Assembly: GCA_039586365.1 (NCBI GenBank)
Contig: JBDHKN010000002.1
Span: 64,001-128,000, forward strand
Source: Gemmatimonadota bacterium
GTDB lineage: Bacteria; Gemmatimonadota; Gemmatimonadetes; Gemmatimonadales; GWC2-71-9
Direction of reading: 5' to 3'
DNA: 64,000 bases
Below, one piece after another: positions 20,142 through 30,492 of this stretch. A program made the position numbers and the translations under genes. The notes below the pieces were generated by a model, which made no database searches, was not told the origin of the DNA, and saw only the letters and a list, made by a program, of their open reading frames with translations. Each line of letters starts with the position of its first letter. The stretch's first letter is position 1.

Positions 20142-20732
20142 CTAGGAAGGTGCGTTGCGCCTCGGCACGAACCTGGGGACTCTGCTACAGTAGGCAGCAT
20201 ACTCTGCGCCGAAACGACCCCGCAGCTCTCGCTCCTCCAGCACTACGATCAAGTACATCACAGGAATACACAACCCAACCGCAACGTAGGCTCCCAGATA
20301 GTTGGCAAAGAGAGCATACGCGAGACTCCAGAACAAGGCCTCGACGTAACGGGGGTGACGAATGGTGCCGTAGATACCGCCTGTGAGAAGCGTGCCTTTG
20401 TTCGACTTCGACAGCTCCGGCATTCCAACAAGGACACTGTATTTCAGGTGTTTCCTTCGTTTGACGCCAATCGCTATTCCCACCGCCAGGCTCAAGGCTG
20501 TCGGAACCAGCAATGTATAGTGAGTACCAAGATCGCTACCGAGCAACCCGTCACGCAGCAAGAATAGAACCGCCATCAGCGCCACGACAAACGGCGAGAG
20601 GACACAGTAGGTCCACCCCGCACCAAGCTTGCGCCAGAAACGGATGAAGGGGTGAATGGCAAACCAGAGCAGAAGGCCAGGAGGCAGACTGATCAACAGC
20701 GCAACACCAACAATGTACCTTGCAGTGTTCAT
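20142..20732 (-). CDS. Isoprenylcysteine carboxylmethyltransferase (ICMT/PEMT) family membrane protein
   Basis: GIYGTIRHPRY, EERELRGRFGAEYAAYCSRVPRF. Confidence 0.88.
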   Translation of the reverse strand: MNTARYIVGVALLISLPPGLLLWFAIHPFIRFWRKLGAGWTYCVLSPFVVALMAVLFLLRDGLLGSDLGTHYTLLVPTALSLAVGIAIGVKRRKHLKYSVLVGMPELSKSNKGTLLTGGIYGTIRHPRYVEALFWSLAYALFANYLGAYVAVGLCIPVMYLIVVLEERELRGRFGAEYAAYCSRVPRFVPRRNAPS

Positions 20733-20751
20733 TGCAGTTCCATGTCGCCAC

Positions 20752-21531
20752 CTAGCTCTGCTTGCGCCGCGCGAACTTGAGACCCGACCATGTTGAGTCG
20801 ATTGCGCAAATCTTGTGGTCAACCAGGCCCGCCGCCAGGCCGAGCTTCCGCACTACAGCTTGCGTCAGATCCGTGGTCATACCGGAAGCCTTCTTCGGCC
20901 AAGCAAGCCACATCCCACCCTGTCCAGTCAATTCCGCCATTCGAGCAATACGTCTACTTAGATCCTTGCTGGACTTCACAAACCAGATGATCAAGTCTGA
21001 CTGCCCCCGAACCGTACTACGAAAAGTCACACCTGTTGGTAGCGCGCCGATCTGCTGCTCGAACCCGTGCGGCGCGTCGATCAAAGCCACTACCGAATTC
21101 TCCTTGATACCCAACTTCTTTGGTAGTGGCGTTCCCGCGTATCCTGCCAGTACCGAGTCGGGCACCACCGGATCCGTCGGCGGGCGGGCGATGGCTCGCT
21201 TCAGTGCACTGCGAATCCGGCTCCACGCCGTGTACACTGCATCGGGCAGCTGCTGTCTGATCTGTCCGACCTTCTCGCTGTCTCCGCCGACAAACACCAG
21301 AGGCACTCCCCGCGTAGCCGTCGCGTGCCTAATGGCCAGACCCACGTCGCGCCCTTGCCCCGGAAGCCTAGACAGGTCGATAACTACCGCGGCAGGCGGA
21401 TTACGCTTGAGATCCCGAAGGACCACCGGGGCCAGTGGTTCAAACTCGACACCGTATCCAGCAAGCCTGAGTTTGGCCGCCTTCTCCTCGGCTTCGGCGA
21501 CGTTCCAGTGAATCAGACGGATGCGCTGCAT
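20752..21531 (-). CDS. Receiver-like domain fused to DUF3052-like domain
   Basis: N-part PAAVVIDL..GRDVGLAIR..TRGVPLVFV; C-part AGYAGTPLPKKLGIK, WLAWPKKASG..TDL, GLVDHKICAIDSTWSGLKF. Confidence 0.75.
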   Translation of the reverse strand: MQRIRLIHWNVAEAEEKAAKLRLAGYGVEFEPLAPVVLRDLKRNPPAAVVIDLSRLPGQGRDVGLAIRHATATRGVPLVFVGGDSEKVGQIRQQLPDAVYTAWSRIRSALKRAIARPPTDPVVPDSVLAGYAGTPLPKKLGIKENSVVALIDAPHGFEQQIGALPTGVTFRSTVRGQSDLIIWFVKSSKDLSRRIARMAELTGQGGMWLAWPKKASGMTTDLTQAVVRKLGLAAGLVDHKICAIDSTWSGLKFARRKQS

Positions 21532-21716
21532 GTGATCTCCACTGCCGAGGATACTCAGAAACGCGTTCGGAACATTGCCCACTCATCGAGGGTAACCACG
21601 GACTCTGATTCTAGCACCAGAGCGGTTGCGAAGTGCAACCCGACTGACTTCTTTTGCTCATTGTGATGGGACCGAGCACCAAGATACACAAGGTATCAGC
21701 AAAGAGGAGAGCAAAC

Positions 21717-22586
21717 GTGATTAGACGTAGAACCCGCTGCAGCACGCCCGGCGTCATTGTTCTGGCGGCGAACCTCAGCTTGGTAACAACCGTACAGGCC
21801 CAGGACAAGGAACTCGGTACCTTCTTCACGGCAGAGTTCACCGCGGTTTGGACGGCAGGTAACGCCGAGTCGAACACGCTCGGATTGGCCACCGTGCTGC
21901 GGAGAGTATTGGAGAGCGCAGAACTCAAGCTCGAAGGCGGCGCTGTGCGGTCCGAGTCATCCCTCAAGACGCGCACTGCTGTCGGAACAACGGACAACTT
22001 CCAGATCCAAGAGCAGACCACCACCGAGAAGACTGCTGAGGCCTACTACATCCGCGGTCGTTACGACCGCCAGATTGGTGAGCACTTTTTTGGATTCGCT
22101 GGAGCTGATTGGCTTCGCAACACATTCGCCGGAATCGACAGTCGAATCCTGCTGGCTGCTGGTGCAGGTAATAGTTGGGTGAACAGCGACCGAGTCAGGG
22201 TCAAGACTGACTACAGTGCCACGTACACCTTTCAAGAGGATGTTGTTGAGAATCCGTTCGTCAAGACCAAATTCCCCGGTGTGCGGTTTGCATATGATCT
22301 CTGGGCAAAGCTGACTGAATCAACCGAGCTTACCAGTGCCCTAACCAATGACGTGAACCTCGACAATACCAAAGATGTCAGGCTCGACTTCACCAATGCC
22401 GTGACCGTCGCCATCAGCTCGAAACTCGCCTTCAAACCGTCCCTGCAGCTGCTTTGGCGCAATACTCCTTCGCTCACCGAAGTAGGCCTGGTGGCGACCG
22501 ACGGAACACCAACCGGTGACAACGTGACCGTACCGCTGCAGAAGGTCGACAGCTTCTTCAAAATCGCGCTGGTCGTGAAACTTTGA
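21717..22586 (+). CDS. DUF481/YdiY-like outer membrane beta-barrel protein
   Basis: Signal peptide, TAGNAESNT, TAEAYY.RGRYDR, amphipathic strands; GTG start after GAGGAG. Confidence 0.75.
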   Translation: MIRRRTRCSTPGVIVLAANLSLVTTVQAQDKELGTFFTAEFTAVWTAGNAESNTLGLATVLRRVLESAELKLEGGAVRSESSLKTRTAVGTTDNFQIQEQTTTEKTAEAYYIRGRYDRQIGEHFFGFAGADWLRNTFAGIDSRILLAAGAGNSWVNSDRVRVKTDYSATYTFQEDVVENPFVKTKFPGVRFAYDLWAKLTESTELTSALTNDVNLDNTKDVRLDFTNAVTVAISSKLAFKPSLQLLWRNTPSLTEVGLVATDGTPTGDNVTVPLQKVDSFFKIALVVKL

Positions 22587-22763
22587 GGTCTGACGACTCC
22601 GGCCAGAACGGAGAAGCAAGCGATCGTGACCGGCATGCTACTGCGCATCCGGCACAAGCTCCCCCGCGCGCACTACTGGTGGGGCCAACGCCAGCGGCCC
22701 TATCGTCAGCAGCGTAGGACGATTAGTGCGCGCTTGACCCCTGTGTCTCTCAGCTAGTGTAAA

Positions 22764-24008
22764 TCACTCGTGGCGAATCGCCTCAATCGGCGTTAGGCTG
22801 GCGGCGCGCCGAGCAGGATATGTCCCGAAAACAAGTCCGATCAACAGTGCTGCCCCGACTGCGGCGGCGATCGATGGCCAAGTGAATGTTGCGTTCACCG
22901 GTGCGTCGGTCACAGCCCGGATCACAGCCGTACCGGCAAAAGCACCGACCATCCCAAGGATCACTCCGATGAAGCTCCCCACGCTAGAGATTGCTATTGC
23001 CTCAGCAAGAAACTGCAGTAGGATATCTCGCCCGCGGGCTCCGGCAGCTCTGCGAACACCGATTTCCCGCGTGCGCTCCACCACTGACGCGAGCAGGATG
23101 TTCATGATGCCGATCCCTCCAACGACGAGCGAGATACCAGTGATGCACCCCATGGTGAGTTTGAAGACTAGAAACGCCTGCCGCGCCTGGGCGACTCTCC
23201 CCTCCGAACTGGCTACGGCGAAACTCTCTTCAACCGAGCCAAAGCGTCGTTTCAGCCAGCTCTCCACACGATCGCGGACTTGAGGGACTTGCTCGATACG
23301 ATAGGCTTTCACGGTCGCCATCGCTGCCCGGCGTCCCTCATCGCTGAGCCAGGCACGGATCACAGGTACCAGTGGCACAATGGCTCTGGCCTGCGGCTGC
23401 CCCTCTGCCTGCGCGACTATCCCGACCACTTCGTAGCTGCTGCCGCCGATGTCGAGGGATTGGCCCAAGACCTGCCGCGTGGAGTCCATTCCCGACAATT
23501 GCATGGCGAGCTTCGGTGACAGCACCACCACTCGCCTGTCACTCTCGTAATCACCCGGCTCGAGAAAGCGCCCCGCCTCCAAAGTCACTGGAAAAACCGA
23601 TGTTGCGTTTGGCAGTGTTGCGACTACAAGTGCTGCGTACCGGGCAGTGTCACCAGGCAACCTGGCCCAAGCGGATCCAGTGAGCGTCAGTGTCACATCT
23701 GCGAGGTCACGGATTTCTTCCGCGAGATCAGCGATATCCTGCTGTGACAGTTGGACCACATCCGTGCGGCGTACCAGCACTCCGTCGCTGCGATCTACCG
23801 TCCTGGGAGTGACTGACACAGTCTGTAAGTCCGTGGTGAGTTCGATCTGACTCCGAGAGAACTGCTCGAGGCCGTCACCCAACGACAGAATTGCAACGAG
23901 TGCTCCGACCCCTATGATCACGCCAAGTGTCGAGAGCATAGTCCTCAGCGGATTGGCTCGAAGCGTCTCAATCCCAACTGCCAATGAGGCTAGAGATACG
24001 AGGTTCAT
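22764..24008 (-). CDS. MacB-like ABC transporter permease
   Basis: LSTLGVIIGV, GGIGIMNILLASVVERTREIGVRRA.GA, YPARRAASLTPIEAIRHE. Confidence 0.9.
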   Translation of the reverse strand: MNLVSLASLAVGIETLRANPLRTMLSTLGVIIGVGALVAILSLGDGLEQFSRSQIELTTDLQTVSVTPRTVDRSDGVLVRRTDVVQLSQQDIADLAEEIRDLADVTLTLTGSAWARLPGDTARYAALVVATLPNATSVFPVTLEAGRFLEPGDYESDRRVVVLSPKLAMQLSGMDSTRQVLGQSLDIGGSSYEVVGIVAQAEGQPQARAIVPLVPVIRAWLSDEGRRAAMATVKAYRIEQVPQVRDRVESWLKRRFGSVEESFAVASSEGRVAQARQAFLVFKLTMGCITGISLVVGGIGIMNILLASVVERTREIGVRRAAGARGRDILLQFLAEAIAISSVGSFIGVILGMVGAFAGTAVIRAVTDAPVNATFTWPSIAAAVGAALLIGLVFGTYPARRAASLTPIEAIRHE

Positions 24009-24021
24009 CCGGTAGCGGTTC

Positions 24022-24612
24022 TCACTCCTTCAATACCATGTCGATGCACACCACAGCTGCCAGAATGAGCTGTCGCAGCGGGCTATCCGGAGGGACGTCA
24101 TCGGCTATCTGCAACACGTAGTTGTCAGCACTAGTGAAGAACTCCTTACCGATGCCCGCCCACTTCTTGGTGACGTGAGCCAGTTCTCTATCGCCTGCCT
24201 TGAAGCGAAAGTCCCAGCCTGTCCACTTTCCCTGTAAGTGGCACAACGGTCGGTCATCCTTGTCCAGCACTTCGAAGGCCCCACCTATCGACATCAGTCT
24301 CTGGCGAAATCCACCCAGGCGCGCGTTTGACTCGTCTAGTACGGCCACATGAGAGCGCAAGAACGACACCCCGCGGGTCACTCTGACCAGCTGACGGCCA
24401 TCGCGCGCATTGATACGTATATCGAACGGAGTCATGCGCTTATAGTTGGTGAAACGCAACAGTTTTGTAACGGGACCTAGACTCTCTTCCCGACACAGCA
24501 TGATCATGTCACCCGTCGCCGGATCGAAGATGTCATAGTTGTTGGCCGCCTTGAAAACTCCGACATGCTCCTTGACCAAGAACAGGTTCTTGCTGAGACA
24601 CTCGTGCATCAT
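24022..24612 (-). CDS. Phospholipid scramblase/LURP-one-like protein
   Basis: FLVKEHVGVFKAANNYDIFDP, KKWAGIGKEFFTSADNYVL, CIDMVLKE. Confidence 0.8.
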   Translation of the reverse strand: MMHECLSKNLFLVKEHVGVFKAANNYDIFDPATGDMIMLCREESLGPVTKLLRFTNYKRMTPFDIRINARDGRQLVRVTRGVSFLRSHVAVLDESNARLGGFRQRLMSIGGAFEVLDKDDRPLCHLQGKWTGWDFRFKAGDRELAHVTKKWAGIGKEFFTSADNYVLQIADDVPPDSPLRQLILAAVVCIDMVLKE

Positions 24613-24806
24613 TCGTTCCTCTTGAGCCAGGGTATAGGTGGAACCGCTGACTGCAGTGCTCTACCGGATTCTTGCCAGCTAGCAGTCCTGTGTCGTTGTG
24701 ACCGTCGTTCCACAGATCCTCACAAGGCCACCTCTCTCCCGGGTCAGTACGGACCGGGTTACCCCGCCGCGCGACATACCTCCATGGCCTCGGCCACTAC
24801 CCGACA

Positions 24807-25676
24807 TCACAGCAAGCATTCCATTTCATATTGCCTAGCGTACACCTCAAAACCGATCACATGCGCGAAACGCAGCATCACTTCGTCGCTGCTAAGCACA
24901 TTGATCATCTTCACCCTGGGCGCGCGCCCCCACAGGCGGTCGACCAAGTGCTTCACAAGCCCCGTGCCGATTCCTTGCAGCCGATGGTGCCTGTGCACAA
25001 CCACGTTCAGGACCCAGTTCAACGTCGGATAGTAGGCCAAGATACCAGCGGCGTCACCATCGAGCTGGGCAGCATAGACCCAAACATCATCCCGGATTCG
25101 CTGAATTGACGCGAGGCTATTCTCCCACGATGGTAGCCAATCCAGACTCTCGGAGAACTCTCCCAACCGATCCCTAGGGACTGACTGAATCGCGATCCTC
25201 TCGTTGGCGTTCCTGTGGAATACGGCCCTGTTGAGATCCAACTCGAGACAGTCGAACTCCCGCGTCACCTTGAAGCCGGCCTTCAAATAGGCCTTGACTG
25301 CTGCGTCATTATCCTGCAACACCTCCAGCTGGAGCCGCTTCACTCCTCGCGCCTTGAGTCGATTCGTCGCGTACTCGAACAATTCCCCGGCAATCCCTTT
25401 ACCTCGGTACGGTTTGACAAGACCCGTCGCGATATCGAATGCGGACAACACGCCGTTCCAATGGTCGACGCCTATGAGCGTAAAGCCAACCATCATGTCC
25501 CCATCGTACACACCGACGGAAGACTCGAAGTCTATGCCGTTCTTGAGCGCTCTATTGAGAGTGACCTCCGAGGTCATGTAGCGCATGTCCAAAGGGTAGT
25601 CGTCAAACGCTCGTACGAAGGTATCATGCACTTCGGACAGTTCATCTGGCGACAGGAATCGGTATTGGATCGACAC
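24807..25676 (-). CDS. Tandem-domain GNAT acetyltransferase
   Basis: Two acetyl-CoA motifs, YRGKGIA and HRLQGIG; LEVLQDN..A..Y..GF. Confidence 0.85.
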   Translation of the reverse strand: MSIQYRFLSPDELSEVHDTFVRAFDDYPLDMRYMTSEVTLNRALKNGIDFESSVGVYDGDMMVGFTLIGVDHWNGVLSAFDIATGLVKPYRGKGIAGELFEYATNRLKARGVKRLQLEVLQDNDAAVKAYLKAGFKVTREFDCLELDLNRAVFHRNANERIAIQSVPRDRLGEFSESLDWLPSWENSLASIQRIRDDVWVYAAQLDGDAAGILAYYPTLNWVLNVVVHRHHRLQGIGTGLVKHLVDRLWGRAPRVKMINVLSSDEVMLRFAHVIGFEVYARQYEMECLL

Positions 25677-25939
25677 TGGTGCGCCTTGACGGTCTTCCTC
25701 TAGCGGAACTCGAGGACGGCGAGGTCGCCTTCTATTTGTATCTCTGTTCCAAACCGAGCCGCGAAAGCGGCCCGTCGAGACGTGGCATCCCTGCGACTTC
25801 GCGTACCCCACCCCTACTCGGGCAAGAGCGTGCTCTCGCTAAGCTCAGCGAGCTCAAGTGATCTGAACAGGACGGACTCCAAATCCATCTCATGGGCGGA
25901 CTACACCATGCCACGCATTCGCTGACGGGAGTGGAGCGA

Positions 25940-26500
25940 TCAGCCTGGCCACAGCCAACCGAAGACTCCGGCCGTGAACAGTCCGTAGGCGAGTGAGTCG
26001 ATGAGATGCTTGCCTACTGCGCCCCAAGGCCGACCGAACCACACGGCATCTTGCACCACTCCTGCCCCGTAAGCCAACCAAGCGACCGTGCCAGTGATGC
26101 GAAAGACCGCAAGGTATGCAGCCCCTGGAGAGATGGTCCGACTTGCTACATACGCCACACAGAAACTCACAGCGAGATAGTATACGAACGAGAGGACCAT
26201 GCCCTTGGCCATCGACGGAGCCCCTCTCGGGACCACTGTCATGAAGCCGGCAGGGCCCTCTTCGAATTTCTTGAGCATTTCCGGTTTCTTTATTTCGTCC
26301 CTAGAGGACAAATGGGGAACATCGTATTGGCCGGGCGGCAGGTTCTGCGGTACCAGGGCACTCCGCACTGCAGCTTCATCGGGGAACCCCCTGTAATCGG
26401 ACTTGTGGTGCGGGAGTACAGTCCAGATCACAGCACTGATGATCCAAACAACAACAGCGGACAGCAGGATCGCAAGCCAGAGTGAGCCAATCGTAACCAC
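25940..26500 (-). CDS. Conserved hypothetical membrane protein
   Basis: SLWLAILLSA..LPHHKSDY, LPPGQY, C-terminal AGVFGWLWP; GGAGG RBS. Confidence 0.75.
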   Translation of the reverse strand: MVTIGSLWLAILLSAVVVWIISAVIWTVLPHHKSDYRGFPDEAAVRSALVPQNLPPGQYDVPHLSSRDEIKKPEMLKKFEEGPAGFMTVVPRGAPSMAKGMVLSFVYYLAVSFCVAYVASRTISPGAAYLAVFRITGTVAWLAYGAGVVQDAVWFGRPWGAVGKHLIDSLAYGLFTAGVFGWLWPG

Positions 26501-26691
26501 GCGAACCTCCCTTGCTCAAAAGGCGCCAAGTCACTTCCTGACTTGTGTCCACCAGCCGACTGTTACACAAATCAGGTTCGAGCCGTAGGCTTCGGGTAAG
26601 ATTACCTGCTGCTAGCGGGTCCGCTAGGATCCGAACTGTCGCCGACAGCCACCGGTCAACGAGCGTTTGAATCGGCGATTGCAGCGGGGGA

Positions 26692-27438
26692 TCATCTTAG
26701 TACGAAGCTCACCCTAACCTCGGCGGTGACCGCGAGCTGTCCTGGAGTCATGGGTCCTTCAGGTTCACCTGACTGCCCGCCGACATTCTGGATCACGTTC
26801 TGGGTCATGGTACCCCGCGACCGCGAGCCCCACCACGACCCGTACGACGACCACCAGCCGACGTAGCCTTCCTGAATCGAGCGTGGTTCCCCAACCTCGA
26901 GCCCGAGCTCAGCTGCCATCGCTGCGGCTTTCTCTTTGGCTGCTTTCAGCGCCTGAGAGCGTGCCTGGTCGCGGTATCTTCTCAACTCGGTCGTCCGAAA
27001 ATCGATCCCGTGCACATAATTCGCTCCGGCCTCGAGGACGCCTGACAATAGCGACTCGAACTTGTCGATGTCCCGCAACGTCACTACCAACGTCTTCCGC
27101 ACTGCGTACCCGACGAAATTGCGCCGCCGCTCATACTCATATTCGTAGTGAGGTTCGATATTCAGATAGTCAGTCTGTAGATGGCTTCGGCTAATTCCAT
27201 GCTCGATTGCCACAGCGAGAACTGCTTGGATCCGGACGTCGTTGGCGGCCTTGGCGGTTGCCAAGTCGAGATCAAAAGTCTCGACGCCGAGTGTCAGGAG
27301 CACCTCGTCGGGCGTCACGCGAACCTCGGCGCGACCCGAAACACTGATCAGTGGTGGCTCACCCGATTCCTGAGTCCAAGCGTGCGGGGATACTGCAACG
27401 ACCAAGGTCAGTAGCGCACTGAGGATTCTGGACATCAT
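26692..27438 (-). CDS. SIMPL/DUF541 domain periplasmic protein
   Basis: ISVSGRAEVRVTPD, GAN.VHGIDF, A..AAKEKA..MA, PGQ..VTAEVRVSF. Confidence 0.88.
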   Translation of the reverse strand: MMSRILSALLTLVVAVSPHAWTQESGEPPLISVSGRAEVRVTPDEVLLTLGVETFDLDLATAKAANDVRIQAVLAVAIEHGISRSHLQTDYLNIEPHYEYEYERRRNFVGYAVRKTLVVTLRDIDKFESLLSGVLEAGANYVHGIDFRTTELRRYRDQARSQALKAAKEKAAAMAAELGLEVGEPRSIQEGYVGWWSSYGSWWGSRSRGTMTQNVIQNVGGQSGEPEGPMTPGQLAVTAEVRVSFVLR

Positions 27439-27480
27439 TCAATCTCTCCGGTTACTGATTCGCAGCCACATTACTCGCGC

Positions 27481-28251
27481 TCAACGGTTCGACCAAATAC
27501 GCCTGATCCAGGGCACTGCCAACGCCACCGACTCCACATAGGCCATTACGTCGTAATGGCCTATACCATCAACTGCGACGAACTCGATCGATGCACCCTT
27601 AGCTCCGAGATCCACCACAGCCTGTTCAACCCTGTCAAAAGCAATCAACTCATCGGCGCGACTGTGAACCACGAAGAACGGAATGCTGCGCAGGCTCTCG
27701 CGCCAGGGTACCGTACCTTCCCGCAAGAACCGCCGATACTCCGGTTCTTCGGTGCTGTCCCCCCGGACCACCGTGGGCGCTGTCGCAATTGGGATCGCGG
27801 CACTGAAGAAGTCCGCATATTCAGCAGCCATATACCAGGTGCCCAACCCCCCCAAGCTGAAGCCCGTGACTAGCACCCGCCGGGGATCGATCTCGAACTC
27901 CGACCGGATCTGATCCATGACGGCCCAGATTGCATGCTGACTGCGAGGACTCAGCCAATCACGTTCGGGAGCATCCGGGGCCACCATGATCGCTCCCAAC
28001 TCCTCGAAAGCCGGAGCGATGAGTCGGATGAGAAAAGTCAATCCGAAAAAGCTCGGCAACTCACCTTCCCAGCTGTGGTGTAGCGCAAGCATCAACGGCA
28101 CAGGCTGCTCCAGATCGACGCCCTCTGGCAGCGCAATGGCGTATCGCACCTCGGAACCGTCCTCCAGCGTGAGAGTCCTCCGCTGGATCTCTGAGCTGAT
28201 CGGAGTTGAATACGTCGTAAGGAAAATCAGGCACAGCTGAAAAACGTTCAC
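27481..28251 (-). CDS. Alpha/beta hydrolase (predicted esterase/peptidase)
   Basis: IDPRRVLVTGFSLGG nucleophile elbow, HSRADELI, GIGH. Confidence 0.82.
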   Translation of the reverse strand: MNVFQLCLIFLTTYSTPISSEIQRRTLTLEDGSEVRYAIALPEGVDLEQPVPLMLALHHSWEGELPSFFGLTFLIRLIAPAFEELGAIMVAPDAPERDWLSPRSQHAIWAVMDQIRSEFEIDPRRVLVTGFSLGGLGTWYMAAEYADFFSAAIPIATAPTVVRGDSTEEPEYRRFLREGTVPWRESLRSIPFFVVHSRADELIAFDRVEQAVVDLGAKGASIEFVAVDGIGHYDVMAYVESVALAVPWIRRIWSNR

Positions 28252-28488
28252 AATCCCAGTCCTTTCAGCACTGGCTGCGCGCCACGCTTAGTACGCTTGT
28301 CATGCTCGACACGCTGTCCCTCTCATCCAGCTCACAGCGACCTCCCGCCACAACTGGATTCCGGTAGTTGTACCCCTGAGAGGCTCACTCTGTCAGGAAA
28401 GGACAAAGCCTTGGATGGCAGGAAGAGGTATCTCATACCTGGAGGTCCAAAGTAAGTCCGCGTGATCGAACCACCAACACAAACGACA

Positions 28489-28517
28489 TTGATCGGACCG
28501 ACCGGTCGTCTTATCAT
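28489..28517 (+). promoter_or_regulatory. Sigma70-like promoter with overlapping TetR-type operator; probably leaderless
   Basis: TTGATC (28489) -N17- TATCAT (28512-28517), GACCGACCGGTC in the spacer; ATG 6 nt after the -10 and no SD. Confidence 0.55.
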
Positions 28518-28523
28518 AGCCCC

Positions 28524-29111
28524 ATGTCGCCGGATACGTCGCGAAGCAGGCTCATCCGTGAAGCCAAGACACTCATGCTGGCCAAGGGATATTCCGGCAC
28601 CACCGTTGACGAAATCTGTAGGGCGGCCGCAGTTAGCAAGGGTAGTTTCTACCATTTCTTCCATTCCAAGGAGCAACTCGGCCTGACTGTCCTCGACGAG
28701 TACTTCTCGTCCACACTCCAGCCTCTGATGAACGGTCCTTTTGTCGAGATCGACGATCCGATCCAGCGCGCTCTGGCGCTCATCGAATATGCTGAAACGA
28801 TCTCCGCTGATATCTGGGCCGAAGGATGCCTGCTCGGCAGCTTCGCCGTCGACCTGGCTGAAACCAGTACCAAGGTCCGCCAGCAGGTATCCAGCCGATT
28901 CCTTCGCCTTGAGCGAGAGTTGGCTCAGATCTTCAAGGCGGCCGGGCTCGGGAAGGCTGGAGATGCCACAGCAACACCCGAGGAACTGGCCGGGCACTTC
29001 ATAGCGGCAATCGAAGGATCCATCGTGCTGGCCAGAGCTCACAACGACACCAAGCGTATTGCCCGGACAATCCGCGATTTCGGTCGGTACATAAAGCTGC
29101 TAATCAGCTGA
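28524..29111 (+). CDS. TetR family regulator (NemR/LmrA-like)
   Basis: KGYSGTTVDEIC..VSKGSFYHFFHSKE, GCLLG, IEGSIVLARA. Confidence 0.9.
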   Translation: MSPDTSRSRLIREAKTLMLAKGYSGTTVDEICRAAAVSKGSFYHFFHSKEQLGLTVLDEYFSSTLQPLMNGPFVEIDDPIQRALALIEYAETISADIWAEGCLLGSFAVDLAETSTKVRQQVSSRFLRLERELAQIFKAAGLGKAGDATATPEELAGHFIAAIEGSIVLARAHNDTKRIARTIRDFGRYIKLLIS

Positions 29112-29954
29112 CCCATCCGCTTCCCGGCTGCTTGCTGCGCCTGACCAGCCAGCATTCTGTCCGCCACTGTTAGTCTGAGTTGAACTCGCGAGAAGATGAA
29201 GAGTCTCCTCGTGAAGCACCCCGTTCGAAGTCACGAGACTGCCGCCATAGATCGTACGCTCTCCCGCTAGTGTCGTGGCCGATCCCCCTGCTTCCTCGAC
29301 GATCACCTGCAGTGGCGCAATGTCCCATGGCTTGACGATTGGGTCGATAGCGATCTCCCCTGCACCCTCTGCAACGAGCATGTGCTGATAGAAGTCGCCA
29401 AAACCTCGTGTACGCTCGACTCGATTCATGAGGCCCAGCATTCCTTCTGGGACCCCCGGCTCACCGGTGCCGCCTATGTTGCTGTGGAATAGTTGCGCCT
29501 CCGCCAGCGTCCTTATCTTGGAGGTTCGTAACAGGCGAGATCCACTATGAGCACCACGGCCGCGTTGGGCGCTCCAACGCAGTCCCATGGCAGGGGCTGA
29601 CACGACACCGGCAACTACCTCGTGGTCAACCTCAATTGCGAGTAGGGTGGCGAAGATGGGTATGCCACGCACGAAATTCCTCGTGGCGTCGATAGGATCG
29701 ATGATCAGACGAACCTCTGAAGATCCAGCGGTCTCACCCAACTCTTCCCCAAAGACGCCCACTTCCGGACACCGCCTGGAAATCACGTGTCTGGCTCTTT
29801 CCTCTATGGCCCGATCAGCTTCGGTTACTGGAGAGCAGTCGCCCTTCTCCTCAATTTGCAGGTCCGTCGCGCGATACAGGCGCAGCGCAATATCATCGGC
29901 CTGGTTGGCCATGTCGTGCAGTAGGGTGAGCCATTCCATCGTTGCTGAGTTCAT
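29100..29954 (-). CDS. Inositol monophosphatase family, histidinol-phosphatase (HisN-like)
   Basis: SPVTEAD, IIDPIDATRNFVRG, RTRGFGDF, PWDIA. Confidence 0.88.
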   Translation of the reverse strand: MNSATMEWLTLLHDMANQADDIALRLYRATDLQIEEKGDCSPVTEADRAIEERARHVISRRCPEVGVFGEELGETAGSSEVRLIIDPIDATRNFVRGIPIFATLLAIEVDHEVVAGVVSAPAMGLRWSAQRGRGAHSGSRLLRTSKIRTLAEAQLFHSNIGGTGEPGVPEGMLGLMNRVERTRGFGDFYQHMLVAEGAGEIAIDPIVKPWDIAPLQVIVEEAGGSATTLAGERTIYGGSLVTSNGVLHEETLHLLASSTQTNSGGQNAGWSGAASSREADGSAD

Positions 29955-29991
29955 CGGCGTCAGATCAAGACCGGGGATTCACTTCGGTGTC

Positions 29992-30492
29992 TCAGGCAAG
30001 CGCCCTCTCATACTCAATCATCAGGTACTCATCGAACAGTTCGCCCGGCTACCGAGCTACCTCCGCAAAGCCGCAGCTCTCGTACATGGTCCGCGCAGCA
30101 GCGAAGAAGGGATGCTCATCGGTCTGCACCCGAGCTCTGGCATAACCCGCTCTGGTGAATCGCCGCAGGATCTCGCCTATCTGCAGCTGGCCATATCCTT
30201 TGCGCCGGTACTCCGGCAGGACGCAATTGTGACCCAAGATACCTAGCGAGGGCCACCTCGTTGGATTCCAAGACGCGAAGCCAATGACGTGGCCCTTCAG
30301 CGAAGTAACGAAACCGCTTCCCCCGATGGTGTCAGGCTCTTCAAACACAGCGGTATCATACCCCTGCCAGTCAGCGAGTAGCTCAGTCACTCTGTCTTTC
30401 GGTAACTCTTGCAGCAGCGACGCATAACTCACTGCCAAAATGCGCCATATCAGTCCGGGCTCGTAATACGCGAACGGAGTGAAGCCAATCAT
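29992..30492 (-). pseudogene. GNAT acetyltransferase with in-frame TAG at 30049-30051
   Basis: HNCVLPEYRRKGYG motif; frame continues past the TAG as PGELFDEYLMIEYERALA* to 29992. Confidence 0.6.
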
